Source: a bacterium (GTDB taxonomy: Bacteria; UBP7; UBA6624; JBBIMK01). Taken from it: DNA of 32,000 bases. Below, piece after piece: positions 22,637 to 31,924 of the stretch (its first letter is position 1; each line of letters starts with the position of its first letter). Where the stretch lies: positions 54,267 to 86,266 of the forward strand of contig JBBIMK010000006.1 of assembly GCA_037444445.1 (NCBI GenBank). The letters run 5' to 3'. The translations under genes and the position numbers were made by a program. The notes beneath the pieces are model-generated. The model was not told where the DNA came from and searched no databases. It was given only the letters and a program-made list of their open reading frames with translations.

Positions 22637-25456
22637 ATGGTCAAATTTTTGCGAAAATCGGTATTTTGGTTTTCCCTTTTCTGGATTTCCCTTTCATGGA
22701 TGGCGGTAAGCGGGGCCACCTTTGAAATAGAGTATTACACCGTGCCCGAGACAGGGAAAACCGTAGAAGTGGCAAAGGGACATATTAACCTGATGCTGTG
22801 GGAACCCAGGCCAGTGGAAGAGGTGAAAACTCTGCTGATGCCCTACGGAATTAAGGTGAGGGGCGATGTGGCAAACATGGGGGGGTACTTCTTGCAACTT
22901 CCTGATTTTATGCCTCTGGATGAAGGAATTCGCCTGCTGAAATCTTTGCCAGAAGTGCGGTATGCAGGGCCGGATTATGTGATTTATCCTCTTGCCACCA
23001 CACCCAACGACCCCCGCTTCCCCCAGCAAGGCCTCCTGAACACCATCAAAGCCCCCGATGCATGGGACATTACTACGGGCATTCCGGATGCCTGGGTAGC
23101 CGTTCTGGATACGGGCGTGCGACTGGACCATGAGGACCTGAGAGACAAAATTGTCTTCTGTCGGCAAGGGGACATTGTGGATTTTGTAGATAACGACACC
23201 GACCCAAGCGATGAAAGCGGGCACGGCACTGGTGTGGCGGGCATTGCCGCCGCCACTACCAATAATGCCCTCGGAGTGGCAGGGGTTGCCTGGCTACCCA
23301 AAATCCTCCCTCTGCGGGTCCTCTCCGGAGGAGGCGGCTTAACTTCCTGGGCCGTTTCCGCCATCAATTATGTCACCCAGAACTGCCCCAATGTTAGAGT
23401 GATCAACATGAGTTTCGGCGGGTACGGACCGGACTCTATGCAGGAGCAAGCGCTGAATAATGCTTACAATCGCGGCATCGTGCCCGTGGGAGGAGCAGGG
23501 AATGACGGCACGGAGACTCCATTTTTCCCCGCCGCCTTTGACCGCGTTGTAGCCGTTTGCGCCACCCATTTAAACGACCAAAAATGGGACTATTCCAATT
23601 ATGGAACCTGGGTGGACATCTGTGCCCCTTCCAATGAAGGGATGGTGACCACTTCTATCGGGGGTGGCTACGGGGGCTTCGGTGGAACCTCCGGCGCCAC
23701 CCCTGTTGTCTCCGGTGTCGTTGCCCTCATTGCTTCCCTTCACCCCAATTGGACCGCTGAACAAATCGTTCTGAAACTCCTGCAATCCGCAGATAACATT
23801 GATGCCCAGAACCCAGCCTATGCTGGAAAATTAGGCAGTGGACGAGTGAACGCCAACCAGGCTCTCCGTGGGTCAGGCCCTGACATTGCTCCCCCTATCA
23901 TCAGCATTACGAATCCGCCTGACAATTCCTCCGTCCGCGGAGGGCAAATCCCATTTACTGCTGTAGCTACGGATGACTCCGGCTCCGTCCCGAAAGTGGA
24001 GTTCTTTGTGGACGGGCAAAAAATTGGCGAAGATACTACAGGTGACCAGAATAATCATGTCTTCACCACCGTCTGGGATACTTCAACCGCCTCTGAAACA
24101 ACCCACATCCTCTTAGTTAGAGCGTTTGACCCCGTTAATAACACAAGCACCGACCAGCATTCCGTGAAGGTAGACCGCTCCCCACCACAGGTACTCTTCA
24201 CCTATCCTCCAGCCAACTCTATCGTCTCAAAGACCATCAATGTGCAAATTTCGGTCATTGACAATTCACCCCTGAAATTTGTTAATCTTTTTATTGACGG
24301 CCTGTTGAGGCAATCTTTCTTCTCCCCGCCCTATGTGTATGTATGGGATACGACCTCGGTGCCCGAGGGAACCCATACCCTTATGGCAAGCGCCCAGGAC
24401 ATCCTGGATAACCCTCCCACCAGTGCTACTCTCACCATTCAGGTGGATAACACTCCTCCATCGCTGAACATAGATAGCCCCCAGGCAGGAGCCCTCCTAT
24501 CCGGTGTGGTCCCCATCCAGGTGTCCGCCACTGATTCCATCGGCCTGAACACCGTGGAAATCCTGGTGGATGGACAGGTGGTGAGTGCCTTCGGTGGAAC
24601 CCCACCCTTCACCTACAACTGGGACACTATGCCGGTGGTAGGGAAGAACCACCGTATCGGAGCCAGAGCGGTTGACCTGGCGGGCAATGTAGCCTCCCAG
24701 GAAATCTCCGTCCAGGTGAAGAATGATTTCATCTCCCCTCAGGTCCGCTTCGCTCTCCCACCCGCAGGCATCCGAGCCTGCGGCACCATCCACTTCCTCG
24801 TGGACGCCACCGACAACCGGGAAGTGCTTTCCGTTGATATTATGGAAGGCAACACCCTCCTCACACGCCTCACCTCCAGCCCCTACGCCTTTGATTATGC
24901 CTGGCTGACCTCCCAGGAAGGGGCTCATTCCCTCACTGCCACCGCCTCCGATGCCTCCGAAAATACCTCCCAGGCAAGCCTCAGCGTAGAAGTGCTCTAC
25001 CCCCAGCACTCCCCTCCCTCCTCTTACCCCGCTTCCGGTCCATTAAACCTCTCTTTCATCGCCCCTGAAACCGCAGTCACCGATGGCTTCCTCATCTACC
25101 GGGAAAAGGGCTCCCAGGGCTTCTTCACCGCCCTGAACCCCTCTGCACGCCTGGGAAATACCTTCCTCTTCCAGATCCCCTCCTCTGCCCTTCCCCCCGC
25201 AGGACTGGAATACATCTTCTCCATCAACTCCCTTTACTTCACCTGTGAAACCCAGCGCTACGAAGTGGCTTCCCTGTATCCTTTCGGCGACCTGAACCTG
25301 GATGGAAAAGTGGATGAACTGGATGCCCTGGAAATAGGCTTCTACTTCGGCACCCCCGCCTCCAGCCCCCGCTTCAAACCCCACATGGATTTGAACCGGG
25401 ATAACATCATTGACATCAATGACCTGAATATCCTCGCCGGGCTTATCACCTTGTGA
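22637..25456 (+). CDS. Secreted subtilisin-like serine protease (S8) with propeptide, Ig-like domains and C-terminal dockerin-like module
   Basis: Signal-like N-terminus (VFWFSLFWISLSWMAVSGA). Catalytic D 'AVLDTGV', H 'GHGTGVAGIAAA', S 'GGTSGATPVVSG'. Repeated 'VD(N/R)(T/S)PP..' Ig-like units. C-terminal 'DLNLDGKVDELD...DLNRDNIIDINDL' at nt 25289-25453. Confidence 0.9.
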   Translation: MVKFLRKSVFWFSLFWISLSWMAVSGATFEIEYYTVPETGKTVEVAKGHINLMLWEPRPVEEVKTLLMPYGIKVRGDVANMGGYFLQLPDFMPLDEGIRLLKSLPEVRYAGPDYVIYPLATTPNDPRFPQQGLLNTIKAPDAWDITTGIPDAWVAVLDTGVRLDHEDLRDKIVFCRQGDIVDFVDNDTDPSDESGHGTGVAGIAAATTNNALGVAGVAWLPKILPLRVLSGGGGLTSWAVSAINYVTQNCPNVRVINMSFGGYGPDSMQEQALNNAYNRGIVPVGGAGNDGTETPFFPAAFDRVVAVCATHLNDQKWDYSNYGTWVDICAPSNEGMVTTSIGGGYGGFGGTSGATPVVSGVVALIASLHPNWTAEQIVLKLLQSADNIDAQNPAYAGKLGSGRVNANQALRGSGPDIAPPIISITNPPDNSSVRGGQIPFTAVATDDSGSVPKVEFFVDGQKIGEDTTGDQNNHVFTTVWDTSTASETTHILLVRAFDPVNNTSTDQHSVKVDRSPPQVLFTYPPANSIVSKTINVQISVIDNSPLKFVNLFIDGLLRQSFFSPPYVYVWDTTSVPEGTHTLMASAQDILDNPPTSATLTIQVDNTPPSLNIDSPQAGALLSGVVPIQVSATDSIGLNTVEILVDGQVVSAFGGTPPFTYNWDTMPVVGKNHRIGARAVDLAGNVASQEISVQVKNDFISPQVRFALPPAGIRACGTIHFLVDATDNREVLSVDIMEGNTLLTRLTSSPYAFDYAWLTSQEGAHSLTATASDASENTSQASLSVEVLYPQHSPPSSYPASGPLNLSFIAPETAVTDGFLIYREKGSQGFFTALNPSARLGNTFLFQIPSSALPPAGLEYIFSINSLYFTCETQRYEVASLYPFGDLNLDGKVDELDALEIGFYFGTPASSPRFKPHMDLNRDNIIDINDLNILAGLITL

Positions 25457-25524
25457 AATAAAGTCCCCTTTGGTGCCTGGCACCAAAGGTGTTATTATTT
25501 CTGATTGAGCAATCATAACTCCTT
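24428..25524. repeat. Copy 1 of a 1,097-bp apparently perfect direct repeat (offset 3,056 bp)
   Basis: Boundaries found by direct comparison: mismatch at 24427 vs 27483 and at 25525 vs 28581. Track translations in three different frames and strands are identical between copies (345-aa C-termini, 170-aa minus ORFs, 61-aa plus ORFs). Confidence 0.9.
25467..25500 (+). terminator. Intrinsic terminator after the S8 gene (inside repeat copy 1)
   Basis: Palindrome CCTTTGGTGCC-T-GGCACCAAAGG (25467-25489), about a 9-bp stem, followed by the T-rich GTTATTATTT. Confidence 0.6.
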
Positions 25525-25629
25525 CTTTTTTTCTATCCCTATGAGGGAGGGAGAGTAACAACCGAAGCAATCCTCTTCACCCTTTCCTCTTGACGCTCAA
25601 GAGTGGATTGACTCAAAAAGTGGAGCCTA

Positions 25630-25658
25630 TTGAAAAAAGTATCTCTATAGGGTATAAT
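25630..25658 (+). promoter_or_regulatory. Promoter of the M6 metalloprotease gene
   Basis: TTGAAA (25630-25635), 17-nt spacer, TATAAT (25653-25658). GGGAGGGAGG RBS before ATG 25693. Confidence 0.55.
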
Positions 25659-25692
25659 AAAACTGTGAAAATTGAAAAGGGAGGGAGGTAAG

Positions 25693-28512
25693 ATGAGGAG
25701 ATGGCAGATTGTAGTTCCTTTCTTATTCTTTTTTGCGGTTCTTTCCCTTGGTGTGAACGCTCCATTATATGGGATGCCATGGAAGGAGCATCACTTTGGT
25801 CGGGGGTACTCTGCCTTGCTGATTCGGGAGAAAATTCCAGGGGTGTGGGAACCGGTAGGGATAGATAATAAAATGACTACCACAGGAACACACAAAATTC
25901 TCGTTCTTCGCGTGGATTTCTCGGATGTTCAATTTCGTTCTGACCACGACAAGGCATATTATGAAAATATCTTCAACGGGAGTAATGGGGTTTCCGCATT
26001 TTATACCGACCAGTCAGAGGGCAAATTGACGCTAAATTTTGAGATTTCCAGCAAAGTTTATCGCCTGGGAAGCATTTACTCATACGGAGGATGTACCCCG
26101 ATTATCCGAGATGCTGTAAATGCGGCGGACCCCGACATTGACTTTCGGAATTATGATGCCCTGTTCACACTTTACGCAGGTCCTGGAGATTTGTGGGCGT
26201 TCTTCTGCCCCACCAACTCGTTCCAGTCGGTGAGAACAGTAGATGGCGCAACAGTGTACGAGAGCGTTGTGTGCCCGGAGTCTGACCCTGGCGATTACGA
26301 AAACTTAGATGACCCCATTTACGGCGCAGCCTCCCATGAATTGGGGCATCAAATGGGCTTGCCTGACCTGTATGCCTACAGTTGGAGTGGAGTAGGTGTT
26401 TGGGATTTAATGGGAAATGGCCAGGATTACCGGACCTGGCGTCCCTTTTCCTTTGGCGCCTGGTCCAAAGTAATGACCTCCTGGATTCTGCCTGTCCTGA
26501 AAGCAGGAGTGAATGAAGACCTGACTCTATCGCCCGTGGAAACCTCGTTGGATGTGATTTATAAAGCCCCTGTGGGAGGTTCTCCCTCCTCCCAGGAGTA
26601 TTTCCTGTTAGAATACCGGGCAAAAACCGGGCTGGACCAAAATCTTCCAGGACAGGGCTTGCTCATCTGGCACATCAAGGATGATAGCCCCTATGAATCT
26701 AACACTGCAGTTCCTCAGAGTCAAGCGCGCACCCTGGCTCCCGTCCTGGTGGAACAGGGAGATGGAGATGATGATTTGGAAGACGGCAATAACTATGGAG
26801 ATAGCGGCGACCCCTTCCCCGGCTCCACCGCCAATCGCAATTTCACATATACCTCCAACCCCAACAGTCAGACCAGAAACGGCAGCGATAGCGGTGTCAG
26901 CGTCACTGACATCCGAGAAGAGGGAGGGCAAGTCAAATTCCACCTCGTCGTGGTAGCCGGCCCCGGCTCCTTCTTCATCACCATCACCAGTCCCACTAAC
27001 CAGCAAGTTGTCAGTGGCACTGTCCTCATCCAGGCCAGCATTACAGGCTCTCAAACCATTGATAAAGTTACCTTCCGGGTGGATAACACTCCTTTGGGCG
27101 AGGATACTTCTGCACCCTATGAATTCTCCTGGGGCTCTTCAGCCGTTTCTGACGGCACTCACCAGATTGTAGCAACGGCAATTGATAGAAGTGGAAACAT
27201 TGCGACCGATAGTGTTACAGTGAGAGTGGATAACGACCCTCCTTCCCTCACCTTTATTTCTCCCCAGAATAATGCTCTCGTGTCTGGAATGCTCCGAATT
27301 CAAGTGTCCGCAGTTGATGCAGGTTCCGGAGTTCAGCAAGTTGCCTTCTACCTGGATGGCATCCTGCGTGAAACAGACACCTCCCCACCTTATGAAATGA
27401 TGCTGGATACCCTTCCCCTGACTGTGGGTGCTCACACGGTAGAAGCCAGAGCCACAGACCAAACCGGAAAAGCTTCTACCCGCACTCTCACCATTCAGGT
27501 GGATAACACTCCTCCATCGCTGAACATAGATAGCCCCCAGGCAGGAGCCCTCCTATCCGGTGTGGTCCCCATCCAGGTGTCCGCCACTGATTCCATCGGC
27601 CTGAACACCGTGGAAATCCTGGTGGATGGACAGGTGGTGAGTGCCTTCGGTGGAACCCCACCCTTCACCTACAACTGGGACACTATGCCGGTGGTAGGGA
27701 AGAACCACCGTATCGGAGCCAGAGCGGTTGACCTGGCGGGCAATGTAGCCTCCCAGGAAATCTCCGTCCAGGTGAAGAATGATTTCATCTCCCCTCAGGT
27801 CCGCTTCGCTCTCCCACCCGCAGGCATCCGAGCCTGCGGCACCATCCACTTCCTCGTGGACGCCACCGACAACCGGGAAGTGCTTTCCGTTGATATTATG
27901 GAAGGCAACACCCTCCTCACACGCCTCACCTCCAGCCCCTACGCCTTTGATTATGCCTGGCTGACCTCCCAGGAAGGGGCTCATTCCCTCACTGCCACCG
28001 CCTCCGATGCCTCCGAAAATACCTCCCAGGCAAGCCTCAGCGTAGAAGTGCTCTACCCCCAGCACTCCCCTCCCTCCTCTTACCCCGCTTCCGGTCCATT
28101 AAACCTCTCTTTCATCGCCCCTGAAACCGCAGTCACCGATGGCTTCCTCATCTACCGGGAAAAGGGCTCCCAGGGCTTCTTCACCGCCCTGAACCCCTCT
28201 GCACGCCTGGGAAATACCTTCCTCTTCCAGATCCCCTCCTCTGCCCTTCCCCCCGCAGGACTGGAATACATCTTCTCCATCAACTCCCTTTACTTCACCT
28301 GTGAAACCCAGCGCTACGAAGTGGCTTCCCTGTATCCTTTCGGCGACCTGAACCTGGATGGAAAAGTGGATGAACTGGATGCCCTGGAAATAGGCTTCTA
28401 CTTCGGCACCCCCGCCTCCAGCCCCCGCTTCAAACCCCACATGGATTTGAACCGGGATAACATCATTGACATCAATGACCTGAATATCCTCGCCGGGCTT
28501 ATCACCTTGTGA
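25693..28512 (+). CDS. Secreted M6-type (immune-inhibitor-A-like) zinc metalloprotease with Ig-like domains and C-terminal dockerin-like module
   Basis: Signal-like 'RRWQIVVPFLFFFAVLSLGVNA'. 'HKILVLRVDFSDV...FYTDQSEGKL' is typical of the M6 domain. HExxH in 'ASHELGHQMGLPDLY'. Ig-like units 'VDN(T/D)PPSL'. The last 345 aa are identical to the S8 protein. I prefer ATG 25693 over the track's TTG 25672 because of RBS position. Confidence 0.85.
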   Translation: MRRWQIVVPFLFFFAVLSLGVNAPLYGMPWKEHHFGRGYSALLIREKIPGVWEPVGIDNKMTTTGTHKILVLRVDFSDVQFRSDHDKAYYENIFNGSNGVSAFYTDQSEGKLTLNFEISSKVYRLGSIYSYGGCTPIIRDAVNAADPDIDFRNYDALFTLYAGPGDLWAFFCPTNSFQSVRTVDGATVYESVVCPESDPGDYENLDDPIYGAASHELGHQMGLPDLYAYSWSGVGVWDLMGNGQDYRTWRPFSFGAWSKVMTSWILPVLKAGVNEDLTLSPVETSLDVIYKAPVGGSPSSQEYFLLEYRAKTGLDQNLPGQGLLIWHIKDDSPYESNTAVPQSQARTLAPVLVEQGDGDDDLEDGNNYGDSGDPFPGSTANRNFTYTSNPNSQTRNGSDSGVSVTDIREEGGQVKFHLVVVAGPGSFFITITSPTNQQVVSGTVLIQASITGSQTIDKVTFRVDNTPLGEDTSAPYEFSWGSSAVSDGTHQIVATAIDRSGNIATDSVTVRVDNDPPSLTFISPQNNALVSGMLRIQVSAVDAGSGVQQVAFYLDGILRETDTSPPYEMMLDTLPLTVGAHTVEARATDQTGKASTRTLTIQVDNTPPSLNIDSPQAGALLSGVVPIQVSATDSIGLNTVEILVDGQVVSAFGGTPPFTYNWDTMPVVGKNHRIGARAVDLAGNVASQEISVQVKNDFISPQVRFALPPAGIRACGTIHFLVDATDNREVLSVDIMEGNTLLTRLTSSPYAFDYAWLTSQEGAHSLTATASDASENTSQASLSVEVLYPQHSPPSSYPASGPLNLSFIAPETAVTDGFLIYREKGSQGFFTALNPSARLGNTFLFQIPSSALPPAGLEYIFSINSLYFTCETQRYEVASLYPFGDLNLDGKVDELDALEIGFYFGTPASSPRFKPHMDLNRDNIIDINDLNILAGLITL

Positions 28513-28580
28513 AATAAAGTCCCCTTTGGTGCCTGGCACCAAAGGTGTTATTATTTCTGATTGAGCAATCATAACTCCTT
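27484..28580. repeat. Copy 2 of the 1,097-bp apparently perfect direct repeat
   Basis: See copy 1. It includes the coding 3' end, the stop codon, the terminator palindrome and about 68 nt of 3' flank. Confidence 0.9.
28523..28556 (+). terminator. Intrinsic terminator after the M6 gene (inside repeat copy 2)
   Basis: Same palindrome, CCTTTGGTGCC-T-GGCACCAAAGG, at 28523-28545, followed by a T-rich tail. Confidence 0.6.
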
Positions 28581-28640
28581 GCAATACATAAAGAATCGTA
28601 GTAAAGTCGTAATAATGGTGCGGAGGGAAGAGAGATAAAA

Positions 28641-29786
28641 ATGAAATTGCACGAACATCAGGCGAAGGAAATTTTTAAGAAATTCGGCATTCCTGTGCTT
28701 CCAGGCGATGTGGCAGAAACGCCAGAGCAGGCAAGAATGATTGCTCGCGAAATAGGAAAACCGGTGGTAGTAAAAGCCCAGGTGCTGGTGGGTGGACGTG
28801 GCAAGGCGGGCGGCATCCAGTTAGCCCGGGACCCCCAGGAAGCCTATGAAAAGGCTTCCTCCATCCTCGGAATGTCCATTAAGGGATTGAGGGTGAAAAA
28901 AGTGCTGGTCACACAAGCGGTTACGATTAAAACGGAACATTACATCGGAATCGTGATGGACCGGGACCAGCAGTCCTACACGGCAATGGCTTGTGCAGAA
29001 GGGGGTGTAGACATTGAGGAAGTGGCATCCCGTTCTCCTGAAAAAATCGCCAAATTCACCCTGGACCCCTATACGGGATTCTTGCCCTACCAGGCCCGGG
29101 GACTGGTTCTGCGCGCCGGTTTTGACCCTCCCCTGACACCTAAAATCGGCTCCATCTTTGTAGCCCTCTATTCAGCCCTCGTGGCGAATGATGCCGACCT
29201 GGTGGAAATCAATCCCCTCGCCCTGACTCCAACGGGCGAGGTCTTCGCTCTGGATGCTAAAATGACCATTGACGATAATGCACTCTTCCGTCATCAGGAC
29301 CTTCTTCAATTCCGTGAACTGGAAGGAGAAGACCTCCTGGAATTAGAAGCGAGGAGCAAGGGAATCGCTTTTGTCCGCCTGGAAGGCGATATTGGAATCG
29401 TGGGAAATGGCGCTGGTCTGGTGATGGCCACCATGGATGCCGTGAAGAATGCGGGTGGACGCCCCGCTTGCTTTTTAGATTTAGGCGGTGGCTCCCGCGA
29501 AGAAAAGGTCCGCGAAGCCCTCACCCTCCTCCTCAAAATGCCCACTCTCAAAGGAATTTTCATCAATATCTTCGGAGGAATTACCCGAGGAGATGAAGTT
29601 GCACGGGGGCTACTGAAAGTCCATGCTGAACTTCATCCGGCCATCCCCACGGTCATCCGGATGACCGGGACGAGAGCAAAGGAAGGCCTGGCTCTCCTTC
29701 ACGACTCTCCTCTCATCCCCGTGGAAGATATGGAGGAAGGAGCAAAAAAAATCGTGCAATCCTGTTATGGCGTCTTCAAGGAGTGA
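28641..29786 (+). CDS. sucC: Succinate--CoA ligase (ADP-forming) beta subunit
   Basis: 'MKLHEHQAKEIFKKFGIPV', ATP-grasp 'VVKAQVLVGGRGKAGG', 'NIFGGITR'. Length 381 aa. Followed 3 nt later by sucD. Confidence 0.95.
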   Translation: MKLHEHQAKEIFKKFGIPVLPGDVAETPEQARMIAREIGKPVVVKAQVLVGGRGKAGGIQLARDPQEAYEKASSILGMSIKGLRVKKVLVTQAVTIKTEHYIGIVMDRDQQSYTAMACAEGGVDIEEVASRSPEKIAKFTLDPYTGFLPYQARGLVLRAGFDPPLTPKIGSIFVALYSALVANDADLVEINPLALTPTGEVFALDAKMTIDDNALFRHQDLLQFRELEGEDLLELEARSKGIAFVRLEGDIGIVGNGAGLVMATMDAVKNAGGRPACFLDLGGGSREEKVREALTLLLKMPTLKGIFINIFGGITRGDEVARGLLKVHAELHPAIPTVIRMTGTRAKEGLALLHDSPLIPVEDMEEGAKKIVQSCYGVFKE

Positions 29787-29789
29787 ATC

Positions 29790-30665
29790 ATGGGAATACT
29801 GGTAAACTCAAAAACTCGCGTGGTCGTTCAGGGAATAACGGGTCGGGAGGGGATGTTTCACACGGAGCGAATGCAGGAATTCGGAACTCAGGTGGTCAGC
29901 GGCGTGGCGCCGGGGAAGGGGGGCACGATGGTGCTGAATCTTCCCGTGTTTAACACCGTCTGGGATGCTATCGCTTCCACGGCAGCCACTGCCAGCGTCA
30001 TTTTCGTTCCCGCCCCCTCCGCCGCTGATGCCGTCCTGGAAGCCGTAGATGCAGGGCTGAAAGTGATTGCAACCATCACGGAGGGAGTTCCAATCCAGGA
30101 TGCCATCCGGATGGCGCAGGCAGCCCGAAAGGCTGACGCCCATCTGATTGGCCCCAACACCCCTGGTATCGGCACTGCCACAGAATGCAAACTCGGCATT
30201 ATGCCCAACGATATCCTCCAGAAAAAAGGTCCTGTGGGGTTGATTTCTCGCAGTGGCACTCTTACCTATGAAATCGTCCACCGCATCAAAGAAAGTGGCC
30301 TGGGTATCTCCACCGCCGTAGGGGTAGGAGGCGACCCGATTCCCGGCTCCACCATCTCTGATTTGCTACAATTGTTTGAAAAAGACCCGGAAACGGAAGC
30401 AGTTGTCATTATCGGTGAAATCGGTGGAAGCGATGAAGAGCGGTCAGCCGAGTTGATTCCCACCCTCCCGAAATTGAAAAATCGTGTCGTGGCCTTCATT
30501 TCTGGTCGCACTGCCCCACCAGGAAAGCGGATGGGGCACGCCGGGGCTATCATCTCCGGTGGCCGCGGCACCGCTCAGGGCAAAGTGGAAGCCTATCAGA
30601 AAGCCGGCATCCCCGTTGCCGATTCTATCCCTGATATTCTCTCCATCCTGAAATCCTTCTTCTAA
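29790..30665 (+). CDS. sucD: Succinate--CoA ligase alpha subunit
   Basis: '[10 protein letters not shown]', 'SRSGTLTYE', phosphohistidine loop '[11 protein letters not shown]'. Length 291 aa. Confidence 0.95.
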   Translation: MGILVNSKTRVVVQGITGREGMFHTERMQEFGTQVVSGVAPGKGGTMVLNLPVFNTVWDAIASTAATASVIFVPAPSAADAVLEAVDAGLKVIATITEGVPIQDAIRMAQAARKADAHLIGPNTPGIGTATECKLGIMPNDILQKKGPVGLISRSGTLTYEIVHRIKESGLGISTAVGVGGDPIPGSTISDLLQLFEKDPETEAVVIIGEIGGSDEERSAELIPTLPKLKNRVVAFISGRTAPPGKRMGHAGAIISGGRGTAQGKVEAYQKAGIPVADSIPDILSILKSFF

Positions 30666-30725
30666 CCCTGCATAATGCCCGTCCGTGCCATTCTGAGCCG
30701 AAGGTGAAATCTCCCATGCATCCCA

Positions 30726-31409
30726 TCACTTCTGTTCTTTCTCCATCAGAAAGCCCTGATAGAGGAAACCCGCTAAGAGACCCCCGAGGATAGGTCCTAC
30801 CCAGTAGACCCAGTGCCATGCCCAGTGATTAGCCACGAGAGCGGGTCCGAAGGTGCGGGCGGGGTTCATACTTGCCCCCGTGAGGGCTCCGCCCATCAGA
30901 ATATCAAAGGTGAGAACCAACCCAATGGCAAGCCCGGCAAATCCCTTCGGGGCTCGCTCATCTATCCCCGCCCCGAAAATGGTGAAAACCAGTAGAAAAG
31001 TCAAAATCAGTTCCGTCAATAAGCCAGCGGTGAGGCTCACGCCTTCGGATAGTGTCGTCGTTCCTAAAAAGACGGTTCCCACCTGGGCAGGAAAAATGCC
31101 TCTCAGGAAAAATCCAGCGATGACGGCTCCCAGTAACTGAGCAATGATGTAAAAAAGCCCTCTGACCGGCTCTATCCTCCTCTGGCTCATCAATGCAACA
31201 GTTACAGCAGGATTGATGTGCGTTCCCGAAATATGCCCCATAGCATAAACCATCGCCATCAGAACCAATCCGTGAGCCAGGGCAATGCCCACGACGCCCA
31301 CCTTCCCGGCAGTCCAGTCATTGGCGCACACCGCTCCTGCCCCGATAAACACCAGGGCGAAAGTTCCCACCAGTTCCGCCACGCTGGCTCTCCACATTTC
31401 TTTATCCAT
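30726..31409 (-). CDS. MIP-family channel (aquaporin/aquaglyceroporin)
   Basis: Two NPA boxes, 'HISGTHINPAVT' and 'GASMNPARTFG'. Six hydrophobic segments. Length 227 aa. Confidence 0.9.
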   Translation of the reverse strand: MDKEMWRASVAELVGTFALVFIGAGAVCANDWTAGKVGVVGIALAHGLVLMAMVYAMGHISGTHINPAVTVALMSQRRIEPVRGLFYIIAQLLGAVIAGFFLRGIFPAQVGTVFLGTTTLSEGVSLTAGLLTELILTFLLVFTIFGAGIDERAPKGFAGLAIGLVLTFDILMGGALTGASMNPARTFGPALVANHWAWHWVYWVGPILGGLLAGFLYQGFLMEKEQK

Positions 31410-31714
31410 TTCCTTTCCCCCCTCGTCTTTTCAACCGAAAGCCTTTCCGTCCAACCCACCCCACATTGTAACCCCTGTTTTCTTTCTTAAAGTATGCTCG
31501 TAATTTCTGCCTGATTTGCCATATCACCTGATGAATGTGCTCTCTGACACGAGGATTTTCCTCCCCTCCACTCATTGGCAAACTCCTCATACCCGCAAAC
31601 TTCCGATGGATTTTTCAGGTATTTTTTTACCAGCAGTTCGGCGCAGGCGTATTTGCAGGTCCAGCGCTTCCGAAAACCTGCCAAAAAACCCTCCAGCACT
31701 TCCCTCTCACCCAT
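31402..31714 (-). pseudogene. Stand-alone OmpR/PhoB-type winged-helix regulator split by a 1-nt frameshift (or a sequencing error) in a C4/G4 run
   Basis: The frame of ORF 31487..31714 gives '..YACAELLVKKYLKNPSEVCGYEEFANEW'. The frame of ORF 31402..31590 continues with 'GGEENPRVREHIHQVIWQIRQKL....GYNVGWVGRKGFRL'. Joined, they follow the Trans_reg_C pattern (E..LL..L..nP..V.s.eel...vW......r.vd.hI..lR.KL....i.tv.g.Gyrl). The frames switch at the cccc run 31563-31566. The downstream-frame stop overlaps the aquaporin start (ATGGATAA, 31409-31402). Confidence 0.45.
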
Positions 31715-31724
31715 CTTCCCTGTT

Positions 31725-31752
31725 ATATTATCACTTTTTCTGAAAAAATCAA
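31725..31752 (-). promoter_or_regulatory. Candidate promoter for the wHTH-aquaporin unit
   Basis: On the - strand: TTGATT (31752-31747), 16-nt spacer, TAATAT (31730-31725). It is very close to ATG 31714, so the leader would be very short. Confidence 0.35.
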
Positions 31753-31837
31753 GGAAATATCATAAAAGATTTATGCGATAACAACAGGGGTTATGGCATA
31801 ACGAAAAGAATCGTAAACTATCAAAAAAGAAAACATA

Positions 31838-31865
31838 TTGACGCACCCGCTATGATCCGTATACT
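31838..31865 (+). promoter_or_regulatory. Candidate outward-facing promoter near the window end
   Basis: TTGACG (31838-31843), 16-nt spacer, TATACT (31860-31865). Only an 18-codon ORF (31871-31927) containing a G8 run follows within the window. Confidence 0.3.
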
Positions 31866-31924
31866 CACTTATGATGGACGATAGAAAAGGAATCCAGATG
31901 CTTGCAAAAGAGAGGGGGGGGCAG

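Noticed and set aside
22694-28584. Minus-strand ORFs inside the two protease genes (e.g. 22694..23224, 24497..25009, 25043..25570, 26608..27054, 27553..28065, 28099..28584)
   Set aside because: They lie opposite long ORFs with catalytic motifs and have a Gly/Pro/Arg-rich, shadow-frame composition. The duplicated ones only reflect the 1,097-bp repeat.
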